Shown piece after piece: positions 48,901 through 60,900 of a stretch of DNA of 64,000 nucleotides. The position numbers and the translations under genes are program-made. This DNA is from Oculina patagonica (lineage: Eukaryota). The stretch is from contig NC_135766.1 in assembly GCF_052425735.1 (NCBI RefSeq), positions 26,908,001 to 26,972,000 of the forward strand, in the 5' to 3' direction. The notes beneath the pieces were generated by a model. It did no database searches. It was not told where the DNA came from and saw nothing but the letters and a program-made list of their open reading frames with translations. Position 1 is the stretch's first letter. Each line of letters starts with the position of its first letter.

Positions 48901-51900
48901 TGCCAACAAAAATTTCCAAAATGTTAAGGCGGCAAAATACGAGATACAAAAACCCTCAACTTGTCGCGCAACATTGTTGTGTTACCAGTTGAACGAGTTG
49001 TTGCCCGTATTTCACCGCAGGCTCAACATGTCTCGCAACAAATTTCAGTGCTGCAAATTGCAGCAACATGTTGCACAAAGTAGAACCGAGTTCTACTTTT
49101 CGCAACATTTTTTTTTAACTTGCAACACCGAAATTTGTTGCGAGACAAGTTTAGCGCGCGGTAGAAATACAGGAAACAACTCGTTCAACTGGCAACGCAA
49201 CAATGTTGCGCGACAAGTTGAGGGTTTTTGTATCTCGTATTTCGCCGCCTTTACTTGTTCATTGGCCAAATGATGGATAAAGCCCACTAGTCGGACCGGA
49301 AAATCCACTAGCCCCCACAGGTTAAATCATTACTCTGTGGGATTTGTGCTGGCAGTACCAACTGCATTTATGGTACCGGTATTCACTATATAGTAAATTT
49401 TTATCAAGTGGATAGCGTTATCAACCCTTTGAACAACTGGGGCCACATTATTCCTATCCTGAATTTCATTTCTTTAGAGCGTAACTTTGCTTCAGTGTTG
49501 ATGACGTTGCTTTTGTTTAGTTTTTTGCCTCAGGATTAGCTCAGAGAGGAGAAGACGATGAAGGTTTTGATGGGTTTTTAATTCAAGACATCAAAAAAGA
49601 AATATCAAGATCAAAAAGACTGGTCAGTCCTATTAATTATTGTCATTGAAATTATGCTTCTTGTATGAGAAAAATTAGATGTTATAACATGTGATTGCAT
49701 TAGGTAAGTGAAATTGATTGTACATGTGTACATGTATGTTCGTTATCTTGTAGAGATGCAACTTTTGCAAAAAGCCAAGTGCAACAATTGGTTGTTGCGA
49801 ACCGAAATGTCAACAAACTTTTCACTACAAATGTGGAAGAGAGAGAGGAGCTCTGTTTCAGTTCTTTGATAGCTTCAAGTAAGTACAATTTTAACACATA
49901 TCAATGTAAACATTCTCCTGACATGTGTCCATATTATCTCAAATACCATGCTTAGTTTGGAGAATTTTAATAGATCTATATTAAGACAATGCCGCCTTGG
50001 TGATCAGTAGGGATGTCCACGTTATATATAATTTATCATATAAAATACAGTCAACTCTCTCTTAACAGACACCTCTATAAGACGGACACCTCTCTAAGAC
50101 AGACAATGGGCACTCTGAAATCATTAATGGACACTTGCGAAGTGTTTTTTATCATGTTTTATTAGTGAAAATACTTCCAAACTTCGTATCGACCTTCAAG
50201 GCCCTAAGGATACGTGTATACCAAGCTTACTAACCAATACTTACAGTATTACAGTTTGTAGAAGCTCTCTATTTTTTGCTTTAACGAGCAAATACAGTCC
50301 TTTTATTATTTTAGTCTTGTTGCATTGTGCAAAGGTCTAGCTTTATTATTTACTGGTGTCATATTACCTCAACTCTCTACAAGGCAGACACCTCTCTAAG
50401 ACGGACAGCTTCAGCCGGTCCCGAAGGTGTCCCTCTTAGAGAGAGTTGACTGTGTTAAATTTATCTAAAAATATTTACAGTCTTATACTGGTTTCCTCTC
50501 GATGATTGCAGTTCTTTCTGTCTGGCTCATCGTCCAACCCAGCGAGCAAATTTGGCATTAAGTGCAAACCAGCCTTGTCCAATATGCTGGTGTAAAATAG
50601 AGTGGAACAGTAAGACACCTTTCTCAGATCTTCCTCTTGTCACACCTTGCTGTAAAAAGTCATGGTTCCACAACAGCTGTCTTCAGGTAAAAAGGATTAA
50701 TTTACATGTATTTATGTATTGTTCCAGTAAAAATCTGTACTTCTCCCACGGAATAGCCTCTTTCGCAGACGGTCTTTTGGCTCGTCACGCAATCTTTGAA
50801 GAGGAAAGATTGTGTGAGGAGCCAAAAGAACATCTGTTTAGGAGGCTACCCATGAAAGTATTTTACTGTATGCTTTTCTTTAAAACTTTTGATTTTTAAT
50901 ACCCCCATCCCCTTGGAGTTTCCCATAATGACTTTCCATGAGGTGGGTATGGATATTTTCTGGAACCGCACAATCTGTTAGTTAAATGTAATGGTAATGC
51001 CCAAGTTATTTGCAACCTACAAAATTGTGAATATAACAAAATGCTTGTGAAACATTTTAGAAAGAAAATGTTATGGCTTATAGAATTAAAGCTTCAAGTC
51101 TGTAATCTAATTTAACTTGATAAATATGGAGTCTTTGAAACATTGTTCTATTTTATTGTCGCTAATTTTTATTTTTTAATACACAATATTGTCTTTAAAC
51201 TCGTCTGAAGTCGAAATACTTGCATGTAGAATGGCACAGTGTCAGGGCTGTGCTCTAAGGGCACCTGGGTGCCTCAGGCGACTAATTTTTGTCTTTGGGT
51301 GACCAGATAATCTTATTTCTTTCATATAAGCTTTATGCTGGGCACTCTGGATCTCATAGTTTGGAACCTTTGGGCTCCTTTTATTTTTTCTTAGAGCACA
51401 GCCTTGAGTGTAGAGCTCTTAGTAAGGTGAAACAATCCCATAGTCTGAATATTTCTTGTTAAACATAGAATTAGTACTGGAGTTATCAATATTGCAAGGA
51501 TCACATACCTGCTGAAATCTTAAACAATAACATTAAGTTAATAAGTTTACGCTTTGTTAAATTTATTGTTATTAAGAGTAATAATTTTTCAAAAACTTGT
51601 CTTGTTTACAGAGACATGCACAGTCAAGTGGCTTGTATTATTTCCGTTGTCCAGTCTGTAATAACATGGATAAATTTCAAGCTGAAATGAAGAGAATGGG
51701 CATTTTTATCCCAGAACAGTAAGTTGAGGATGTGCCTGTTTTCAGACTTTTATAATTACCGGTACTGATCAGCATTGGGGAAGGTTGGCAGGGAGTGGGA
51801 ACCTTTAGTGCACTAGCAGGGAGTAGCATATTCCTGGCTGCTGCTTTGTGCTTCAAGAACTAGGATATGCTCCATTGAATTGAATCAATAGGCCTTATTC

Positions 51901-52006
51901 GTATTCTCGGTATTGGACTGGAACTAGCTTGCAATAGAGGCTAATGCGGGTAATCTTTTCAAATGCAAATGGCATGAAGCTGTTTTTAATGATATTCCCC
52001 CGCATG

Positions 52007-52039
<33 letters not shown>

Positions 52040-54604
52040 CGAGAATACGAATAAGGCCTATTTGGCCCAGATGCAGTTGTGACCATTCATTTTCATTTAT
52101 GAAGAAGAAAGAAGAAAGAAAGGGCTTCCCCATCATCTGGGACTAGTAGACCAGTCAAATGAAATTTGAGAGCTGCTTGTTCAACGGGCAAGCTGGAATT
52201 CAAGTTTTTTTTCCTAAGCCCTGTGGGTTAATGGTTATTTTGCAGGGCTGCAAATAACTTTTTTCACTTGAAAGGAGATATGTCCTATTTAGCCACCATC
52301 ATGGTCGGACAAAACAAAATTTTGGTCAGACATCACTAAAAACAAAAATTTTAAGTTTATTCATTATTGCTGTAAAATGATTTATGATCAAAAAAATGTC
52401 CGGACATCATGTACGACCACACTTGGAATTTTGTCGGACATGAGCAAATTTTGGTCAGCCAATGTCCAATGACCGACTGATATTTGCAGCCCTGATTTTG
52501 TAAAATTCATAAAATTTTACCCATCCACTGGCATTGTTATTGATGTAAGTTTTGTTGTACTTTATTGCAGAGATGCTAGTTGGGAGAAAGGCGATGCATT
52601 TGCTGATCTTCTGTTTCAGTACAGCCGCTGTGATGCAAAGAGGTGCATTTGTCCAAATGGCAGAGAACATAAAGAAACTGCTGGGTAAGGTTACTTTATG
52701 GTTACCATGGTTACTATAGCTACTAAATATGGTCTGTCAGGGCCTTAAGGGACCTACGTCACGCACAACGCATCTTGAAAAAATTGGCAAGTTTTTTCAA
52801 GATAATCACTCTTAATTCGTCTTATTCTTCGTCAGTCAAAACCATCCTTGTTTATTTTCGCGTTTTTATTACTCCTTTGTCGTTTTTATATGTTAAAAAA
52901 CTATTATTTTGATGTTTCCTGTAATTTCAAATAAATCAGAACTGTGTAGCTCCGCTATTAGTTTTAGCCTTTGGCTGATGTTTTCCTTGATGTTATCATT
53001 TCAGAAAGTGGCGTATACGTTTGTGTGATGTATGCGGCCAGAATGGAACACATCTAAAATGTCAACACTGGAAGAAATCTCCTGGGGAATGGCACTGCGA
53101 GGTGTGTGGAGCCATTGAATCTAATCCCAGCACGCGAAAAAGACCAATAGGTGATCGCTCAGCAGATCTTTCACACAGCGAAGATGACGAGGAGAGCTCT
53201 TCAGCCGAGGACCTTGATGTTAATGTGTGTTCTGTGTCAGATGATGAAACTCCTCTCGCAAGACTGAGAAGTGGTGCAAGAAGTAACGAACAGTCGACTG
53301 CACATCAAGAAAGTATCCAGAGGCATGTCAGAGAAGGGGCATCGCCTATGAGAAAGCGCCGTCGTCTTTCCCTGGAGAGAACTGGTGGTAAAACAGAAAG
53401 TTCAAGTGAATCCAAAGAAGGTTGTTCAGAAACATTGCAAGACACTGCAACATGTAGTGGGCTTCAATTTTATGATAGAATTTTAGAGTCAACTTCAAAG
53501 GACCCTAGTCTACTTCTTGCCTTTTCTGATGCTGTGTTTAGTGGAGGTTTTGTCACAAGTCAAGGGCCAGCTGATGTAACTGCTGAGCAACAAACAAGAA
53601 AGGAAAGTGAAGCAATTTTGATCGACTCAGATAGTGCATCAGATTCAAGCGTAGAGCTGGTTAAGTCAGAGCTTAAATCAGATATAATAGTCTTGAGAAG
53701 AAGACCCCTTGCTAGACGTGAGAAAAACACAAAATCAGAAGATGATACAAGTTCAAAATCCAGTGAAAGTTCTGGCAATGGAAAACAAGATCAGTCTGTT
53801 TCGACGAGAAGTAACGTTATAGAAGTAGATAACACCCGTCCTGTCAAAAGTTCTGGCAAAGGTGAACAAAATCAAGCCGTCTCAACAAGGCGGAGGAGTG
53901 TGGAAGTTGTAGAAGCCGATTCAAGCACCTTTCCTGTCAAGTCTGAAGGTGGAGATCCAACATCAGACAGAAATAAAAGTCCTGGCAAAGGAAAACAAAA
54001 TCTGTCCACGTCGACAAGGAAGAGGGGTATAGATATTGTAGAAGCAGATTCAAGTGGCCTTTCCATCAAGGTTGAAAGTGGAGAGCCAGCATCAGAAGTA
54101 AATTTGCCAGTTTTAGACAACAAGCAACAACTTGTTGATGGTGATGATGACATCTGTGTTATAACGAAAGTCGTGAAGAAACCATGTCCTTACGGCAATG
54201 ATAAGATTCCAGGGATGAAGTGTGATCTTATAAGTTGTAGTTGTAATCGTATAGTTTATGTCAACAAAGTAGTCAGTAGTGCAATTAGTACTAATTGTGA
54301 TTATGTTAACGAGAAATCGAGCAAAGCCATGGAGCAATATCTACCCTCTGATACAGCATCTTCAGTGGCCAATGACAAAGAAGAAGCAGGCATTAGTTCT
54401 ATTGGTACAAATACTCTGCCTTTTAAACCATCTTCTAGAAATAAACTGTCTACCAAACAAACAACACTTTCTCAAACTTTCTTTCCTAAAGAAAAGATGC
54501 CAGCGTCTCCGTCTCGCCAGAACAAAAGACTGAACTTACGCAGCAAGAAGTCCAGCAGTTACATTGAGGTGACTAAAAAGGTTTTGTCGTCTTCTTGCTC
54601 ATAG
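45921..54604 (+). CDS. G2E3: G2E3/PHF7-family extended-PHD/RING/PHD zinc-finger protein without HECT domain (~791 aa, 8 exons)
   Basis: Exons 45921-45969, 48246-48349, 49521-49622, 49754-49878, 50512-50686, 51612-51718, 52571-52684 and 53005-54604 are all in frame. Family motifs: VHQYCM-FASGLAQRG..GFLIQDIKKE, CNFCKK.ATIGC..C..FH..C, SFC..HRP.Q, TPCCK..WFH..CLQ, FRCPVCNN..F..EM.RMGI.IPE.DASWE, RCDA..CICP.GR. Confidence 0.88.
46571..46772. mobile_element. AATAG..CTATT MITE
   Basis: AATAGACCTCTTTAGCT / AGCTAAAGAGGTCTATT. Confidence 0.75.
47558..47771. mobile_element. GAG..CTC element with internal CGTGACGCGTGAAAA repeats and 6-bp TSD
   Basis: TAGAAT at 47552-57 and 47772-77; repeated CGTGA(C)RCGTGAA motifs. 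Confidence 0.65.
48926..49251. mobile_element. Harbinger-like palindromic MITE
   Basis: AAGGCGGCAAAATACGAGATACAAAAACCCTCAACTTGTCGCGCAACATTGTTG with a near-perfect complement at the right end. Confidence 0.85.
50048..50452. mobile_element. Tc1/mariner-type MITE
   Basis: TA-CAGTCAACTCTCTCT / AGAGAGAGTTGACTG, with internal GACACCTCTCTAAGAC repeats. Confidence 0.75.
50754..50848. mobile_element. TAG..CTA element with ~9-bp TSD
   Basis: TAGCCTC..GAGGCTA with flanks CCCACGGAA and CCCATGAAA. Confidence 0.5.
51887..52062. mobile_element. Near-perfect 176-bp hairpin element (AATAG..CTATT)
   Basis: 49-bp perfect inverted arms AATAGGCCTTATTCGTATTCTCGGTATTGGACTGGAACTAGCTTGCAAT, extending to ~64 bp with two mismatches. 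Confidence 0.9.
52243..52494. mobile_element. CAGGG..CCCTG TIR element with 6-bp flanking duplication
   Basis: CAGGGCTGCAAATA / TATTTGCAGCCCTG with ATTTTG on both sides. Confidence 0.75.
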
Positions 54605-56209
54605 CATGCCTGTGACCTATTTAGTGTTTCGGATAACGACTGTTAGAATGTAGTAAGATAAATAACATTACTTTTTCTTTCACAGAAAGTATTCACTTAT
54701 CCCCAGGAAAATATGAAAGTTTTCTTATTTAGAGAATATTCACTTGATCCCTATGCTGCATTATGTTATTGGTACATTGTGCTACATTGCGTAAAAGTCT
54801 GAGCAACTAGTTGTAAATTTCTGTACTGATGCTTAACCCTTTAAGCCCCAAGGCGATTGGTCTCTTTTCCTAAAACAATGAATATCAACTGGATGTACAT
54901 GTATGATACACCATTTGAAAGGTAATGATCAGAATAGTTCATTAAACATGCCACCAAATTATAAGAAAGTTATGGCCTTGAAAGAAATGGCTTTAGAACA
55001 TAAAAACAAATTAAGAAACTCAGATCTGATTGGTTCAAACTAATGTTGATTTACATGTATTTAACCAAAAAATGCACTTCCTATATCTTTGTAGTGTTAC
55101 AGTTATCAGTATCAGTAAGTTTGTTGCTCAGACATGATTTTTTTTGGGGGGGGCTATGCCGGAGTGGGTGGGAGGGATCAACTAAAGTCTTATCATTATT
55201 TTTATAATAAGTTGAACTGCAATGTATATACATGTTTTCTAGTTACAGATAGTTATAGACTTAAGTTAAGACTGCTATTATATAGTATATAGTCTGACTG
55301 TCACATGAGCACAGAACTCATAGTGGATAAGAACTACCAATCGGAGAACTAATTAGTTTTCTTTTGAGCTACGTTGTACATCATTCATTCATTATGGCAT
55401 ATTAGCTCAAATATCAGATTATTTCTTTTGGTGTGTTGCAAACCAGTGTGCTAAGAGATACAGCTGTTTCATCTTGCTAATCAAATGACTTAACAATATC
55501 CTATTTTTGAAAACTAAGATTTCTCTTTTTTCTAACAGATATAGCAGTACAGTGTACCGGTATGTTAAATTCGTAAAATATCAGGTTTTTAGCACTACGT
55601 TGTAAGCGTTTTATTACAAAGAATTGGGTCAGTTAGTGTAAATAACATAATTATGCCTTATTTTCATTTAGATTTTAATCTTTGTATTTTGTATCAAGCA
55701 TTAATTGTTCACGAATTGTGATGTACATCATTTTCAAACTTCTGTGGTGTGTTAATGTGAAATTAAAGCAAGAAAAAAGGGAATGCCCCTCTTTAATGAT
55801 TTTTAACTTAGAATGCTTATAACATTCAGGGTTTCAAGTTTGCCCACATTGAGACTTTTCTGGAGCCCACCTAGGGACAAAATGTGAGAATATGCGGTAA
55901 CAATATCAAATAGGAAGTCTGACAGTTTGCACAAGTTTAAGCTTCAAGCTTTATTTACAGTTTTGCAATTTTGAGCTCTACCTGTTCCTATTTTCTTGCA
56001 GTATGTTGATAAAAAGTCAACTATAAGGCAATAACAGATTGAAGCGGTATAACATCACTAGAAAGGAGAAAATTAAAACTGACACTTGGCAATACTCAAA
56101 ATGGAACTTAGCAGCTTCTTCAAGGAAACTTGTATATATGAAAGTTGCATGTTGCTTCAAGCAAACTGACAATCTGTTGGGGGCCTTGTGCCAGTTTCAC
56201 TGTAAAGCA

Positions 56210-56513
56210 CATTATTGCCATTTTCAGTGAAATGCAAACTCTGAAATTCAAGATCCAACTAATGATTGCATTTTTCGCTACTGTCAATCATAATTATGGC
56301 GACAGCTAACGAACCATGAAAAACAGAAACAAACAAAATGGATCAAAATCTACTAATCACAACTGACACTCACAGACCTGACCTTTGACCCCCTTGAAGT
56401 GAACTTCTGTTTCCCAAGAGGTCCGCCAAGATGATTGACAGCAGGAAAAATCGTAAACCGTCGATTGAGGATTGAATTTCAGAGTTTGCATTTCGCTGAA
56501 AACCGCAATAATT
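56210..56513. mobile_element. TIR element; degenerate relative at ~15970-16195
   Basis: TTTTCAGTGAAATGCAAACTCTGAAATTCAA / TTGAATTTCAGAGTTTGCATTTCGCTGAAAA. Confidence 0.7.
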
Positions 56514-57450
56514 TTACCAACATTTGGCACTAAAAAACAAAGAGTCTTGAATGTCATTTCCTTATAAATCTTTATTTAACAATATACTGGTGAAGTTAAA
56601 CTCTCACCTCTCTTACATTTTGCTACACTATTACTACAAACTATGTCATAACTTATTTTATAAGCACCCTTAACAAACGTTTTGTTTCCAATATAAATCA
56701 TGACAAATACTGGTAATCAATCAGTTTTACTTCAAACAAACAACAGCACCTTGCTAGGCCACTGTCAACCATAACAACAAGAAATAGACTGACATGTCAT
56801 AACATGTAGTGAAATCAGAAAATACCAGGGCCAGGCTTTTCCATGCACGATTAAGTTACTCCAGGATAAGCATTACCTTAAAATTTGGATTTCAAGTTGT
56901 AAACAACTTTCTGTTATATTTTGTTTCGTACATCTTTTTTGACTTTTGCTGAATTCAAGTGATAACTTAAGGTCACCATACTGTCATGCATGTACACGCT
57001 GTACTTACCGGTATATAGCAAGTCCCCAGTCTAAAATAATGCTACTTATCTTGGAACAAAACCTTCAGCGATTAATTTGTAATCTTCAACTTGCATTTAT
57101 TGGGTTTTGAACAACTGGCAGCAATCTAGCAACTTTGTCGATCAATTATTTCATAAATTTTGAATGATTTACTGATCAGAGATAAGATAAGAATGTTTGA
57201 AGTTTAGGTATTAATCACCAGACAACTTTGTCATACTCATTGCCAACCTAATTTCATTTTGTAGCCTTGGGCTAGTAAAGACGTCAAGCCCCCAAAACAG
57301 AATTGTGTACAATCGCAAACCCAAGTGAGCCCATAAGATCATGCTGGAACATCATCTCTTACTTTTTTCACTTATAAAGTTGAATCACAGTTTCTCAAAC
57401 CCTTGATTTCTTGAACCTTCCAATAACTCGAACCAAAACAATCTCGTTGT

Positions 57451-57770
57451 AAATAATAAAGATGGTAGATTTTAAGCTCGGTGATAAATAATGCATTTTT
57501 CAACAATGACACGAGCATGGGACAAAGAAAAATTCTGAGTCCCAGACGGGAATCAAACCCATGGCCTCCCAGATACTGGTTGGGCGCTCTAACCGACTGA
57601 GCACGTGAGACTCGTGTCAGCTGGGCCATACTAGGTTGATATGTGACACGCGCCCAACTGCTAGGATCAGCAAATCATCAAGTGTGTAATAATAAAGATG
57701 ATAATTTTTGTTCCTGTCAGGGACTCCGATTCTTTGTCCCATGTTGTGTCATTGTTGAAAAATTCATTTT
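57451..57770 (-). mobile_element. tRNA-mimic repeat: ~236-bp unit, start of a tandem unit and an inverted piece, with 12-15-bp TSD
   Basis: AATAATAAAGATG at 57452 and 57688 (period 236); + strand piece 57711-57770 inverted relative to ~57495-57555; CAAAACAATCTC at 57434-45 and 57771-82. Confidence 0.78.
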
Positions 57771-57992
57771 CAAAACAATCTCATTACCAGAGCGAGCTCT
57801 AGGGGACAGGGAGAGAGAGAGACTGGGAACGAGGTTGAAACCAAAAGTCCTTTCATCCCAATTATTTCTCAAACTCACGAGCCAATTTTTTTTTCCATTA
57901 CAGGTTTAAGAAATCAGGATTTCACTGTTATACACAATCATAGGTGTAGTGTAATTTACAAACCCTCTGGTTGGATATCTATTAGGTGAATA

Positions 57993-60900
57993 TTAATCAA
58001 GGTAATCTTCAAAAGACCCCTTACGACCCTTTCCTTTTAAAAACTGCTTTGCGCCTTCAATGGAATCTTTGATGGTTTTCAGCTTGACTCCCTTTGAGTG
58101 CTCGTACGTCAGGGCATCAATAAAAGATTCTGCATTAAACATAGAATAGAAGACAGCCTTGCGCTCAGCGATCATTGCTTCCTTTGGGAAACGAGCAATC
58201 AACCTGGCAATCTTGAGAGCCTCCTCAAGTGCCTTTCCTTTAGGAACAACTCTGTTTGCCAAACCCATGCTTTTAGCTTCTTCAGCGCCCACTGGTCGGC
58301 CCGTCATGATGAGGTCTAACGCACGTGAAAGACCAACAATGTATGGTAACCTTGCAGTACCACCGTCCAAAAGAGGGACACCTGAAATAAACAAAATTGC
58401 ATGTAGCTTCAGTGAAGCTTTCGCTCTGCTTTGCTGGTCGGCCACAAGCAGCAGAGCAAGGGGGCAGGGGGGCTGTAGCCCCCCCCCCCCCCAAACAAAC
58501 AAAAATTTTGAGGGGCTCAACCCCTTTCCCCCATTTCAGTGCCGAAAGTATTGTTAGCGCAGCATAAAACTAGTGGTACCTATCGGTAGAAATGCCAACG
58601 AGTACAACGGGAGATCGAGAGAAGAAGGGAAGATAATTGTAAATGTTTGGCTGAAAGTACGCATTATGATTTTGGTCCGATCAATAAACATTGGGTGTTT
58701 TCTTTGAAAATCTTGAATGTTTCTGGAATAAAATGCGATTTTGTGAAGGCTAAATGAGGGAAAAGTTCTAAAATAATGCCGTGAAAGTAGTGAAGAGTCA
58801 GTGAGAAATCTTCTAAACTCCATGTTTTTGAGAGTTTCAAGTCATTGTTGTTCGATGCCGCTATCGCTGCTGTTTTACCTTTTTTTTAAGTCCTAAAGGT
58901 CTTAATCAAAGTTGCTATGACCCACTGAACTCGGAAAATAAATTACGAACTGAAAAAGCAAATTTTTACAAAGATTTGCCAAAACAAATCATTTTAAACT
59001 TTCCACACTGCAGTTTAATCCACTCAACACGTAAGTATCCAACAAATTTGAGGTTTCATCTTTGTGGCCAAAGATGGAACAAGTTTATTTTATTTTACTA
59101 CCACCGTTCCGAGAATAATTCATCACGCGCAATGCGTGACGTCTCAAATGTCACGTTAAACTGTTGTTGTTGAGACAGCTTTAAGGAAAGTTCAAGGCCC
59201 GGTCATCCGAGAAAAAAAAGCTAGACACTCCAGTAAAAAAATGAAGTATAGGGCATTTATTTTATAAATTCGAGAAACGAAAAAAAAACTATAAATAGCT
59301 CTCTTCTGATCGATAAAATCCAGACACCAAATTCGTTTCCATGTTGTTTTCATAGCCAGACCTAACTTAATTACGCATGCAAATTTGTATGACTTCGAAA
59401 TTTGCGAAGCTTTGGAAATTTTAAAGCTTTGTAATGTAATTTCTTGCCTTTATCTTAAATGAAATTAAATTCTAAACAAAGTTTAATTCAAGTTTCTTTC
59501 GTATTTCAATCTCTAGTTCGGGAATTTTGGCTTTTTGAAGCGAACAGATTTGAAACCTCTTTGTTATCTGACACGCATCTTGTCTGGGGATTTTAGTTGC
59601 CAATGCATCATGTTCATCTAAACAAATTAGTAGCGCGCTGATTGGCCAAACTACAACAAAGTGTGCACGTGCTGAACAGATTCTGCTGAACAGATTGGCT
59701 AAAAACATCGGAAATTGTGTTTTCGACAACTTCCGCCTACATCCTAATATGGTCAAAAAAATATCACTGACGGAAACGGATTACACGAAAATCGAGCTGA
59801 AAGATTCTGAGATTTTTTCTGCATAGCCCTCACACTTTGCCTCACACTACGCACGGCTCTATATACTGCCGCCGAGACAGGCTCGCGTTTTCGCTCGCCT
59901 GTCTCGTTGGCAATTAGTTTATCAAGACATTCAGTCTGACTCATGATCTTTTCACAAATCGTTTTATCAGGATCGTCGTTGGCATAAAAATATGGTGCAG
60001 GACTTTCAATGAAACTCCTCTCCCAAAACCACTACTAGGAGAGGTCACAAGCTGTTAGGATTGTATTTGACATTGCCTGTAGCGTCGGCGACTTCAGAGT
60101 GGACATTTTCTGCCCTTTTGAAGACTAAATAACTATCCAAAAGGCACAATGAAGCAGAAGCTGAACTGCCTAGCAATGCATTGTCACAAATCGATTACGG
60201 ACACACTGGACACTGTTAAGATTGCAAAGAGGTCAACTACGCAAAAGACATTTTGGGAAATGTAAATAGGGGGGTGCTTGGCTTGGTGTACAACGAGACC
60301 CCCACGTTTCAGAACACTCCGCTGCCTTTGTAGGCAGCATGCATTTGCCCATGGGTTGCAAGCTTAATGTTCCCGATTTTATCATCGACCGCCGGTGAAA
60401 AAAGTTTCTAACTGATTTTGCCAGGGTTTATGTCTTAGACTGAACTGTTAGTAGCAGTACTTTACCAAATCTCCTGTTAAATATCCCCATCACCATGTCC
60501 TCTGCAACAACCCTGAGATCGCACATCAAAGCTAGCTCCATTCCTCCTGCCACAGCGTGTCCCTCAATTGCACCAATCACTGGCTTGCTAAGCTTCAGTC
60601 GTGAGGGACCCTGAAAAAAAACATATAAATTCAAAATAGTTATAAAGAAGCAGTATATGTGAGGCCTTGCCAGGGGGGGGATCCTGTGTTGCTTGCCTAA
60701 ATTTAAAAGTGTCCTGTGTCGCTGTTTTATCGCACTTCAAGTCGCTGTCGGTAGTTGAATTGAAGGAAAATTGCTTGTCCTTGTTGAAATTGAAGTTTTT
60801 CCAAAAGGGTTGTCCTTTGTCGCAATTTTATTTTATGTGCTGTCGCTACTTTCTGAGCAGTGTGGCTTGTCGGAATTTACCCTGGCAGGGCCTATATTTT

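Noticed and set aside
59180-60400. Possible transposon remnant in a crotonase intron
   Set aside because: Only one TTAA-like end is visible, with no matching TIR or recognisable ORF.
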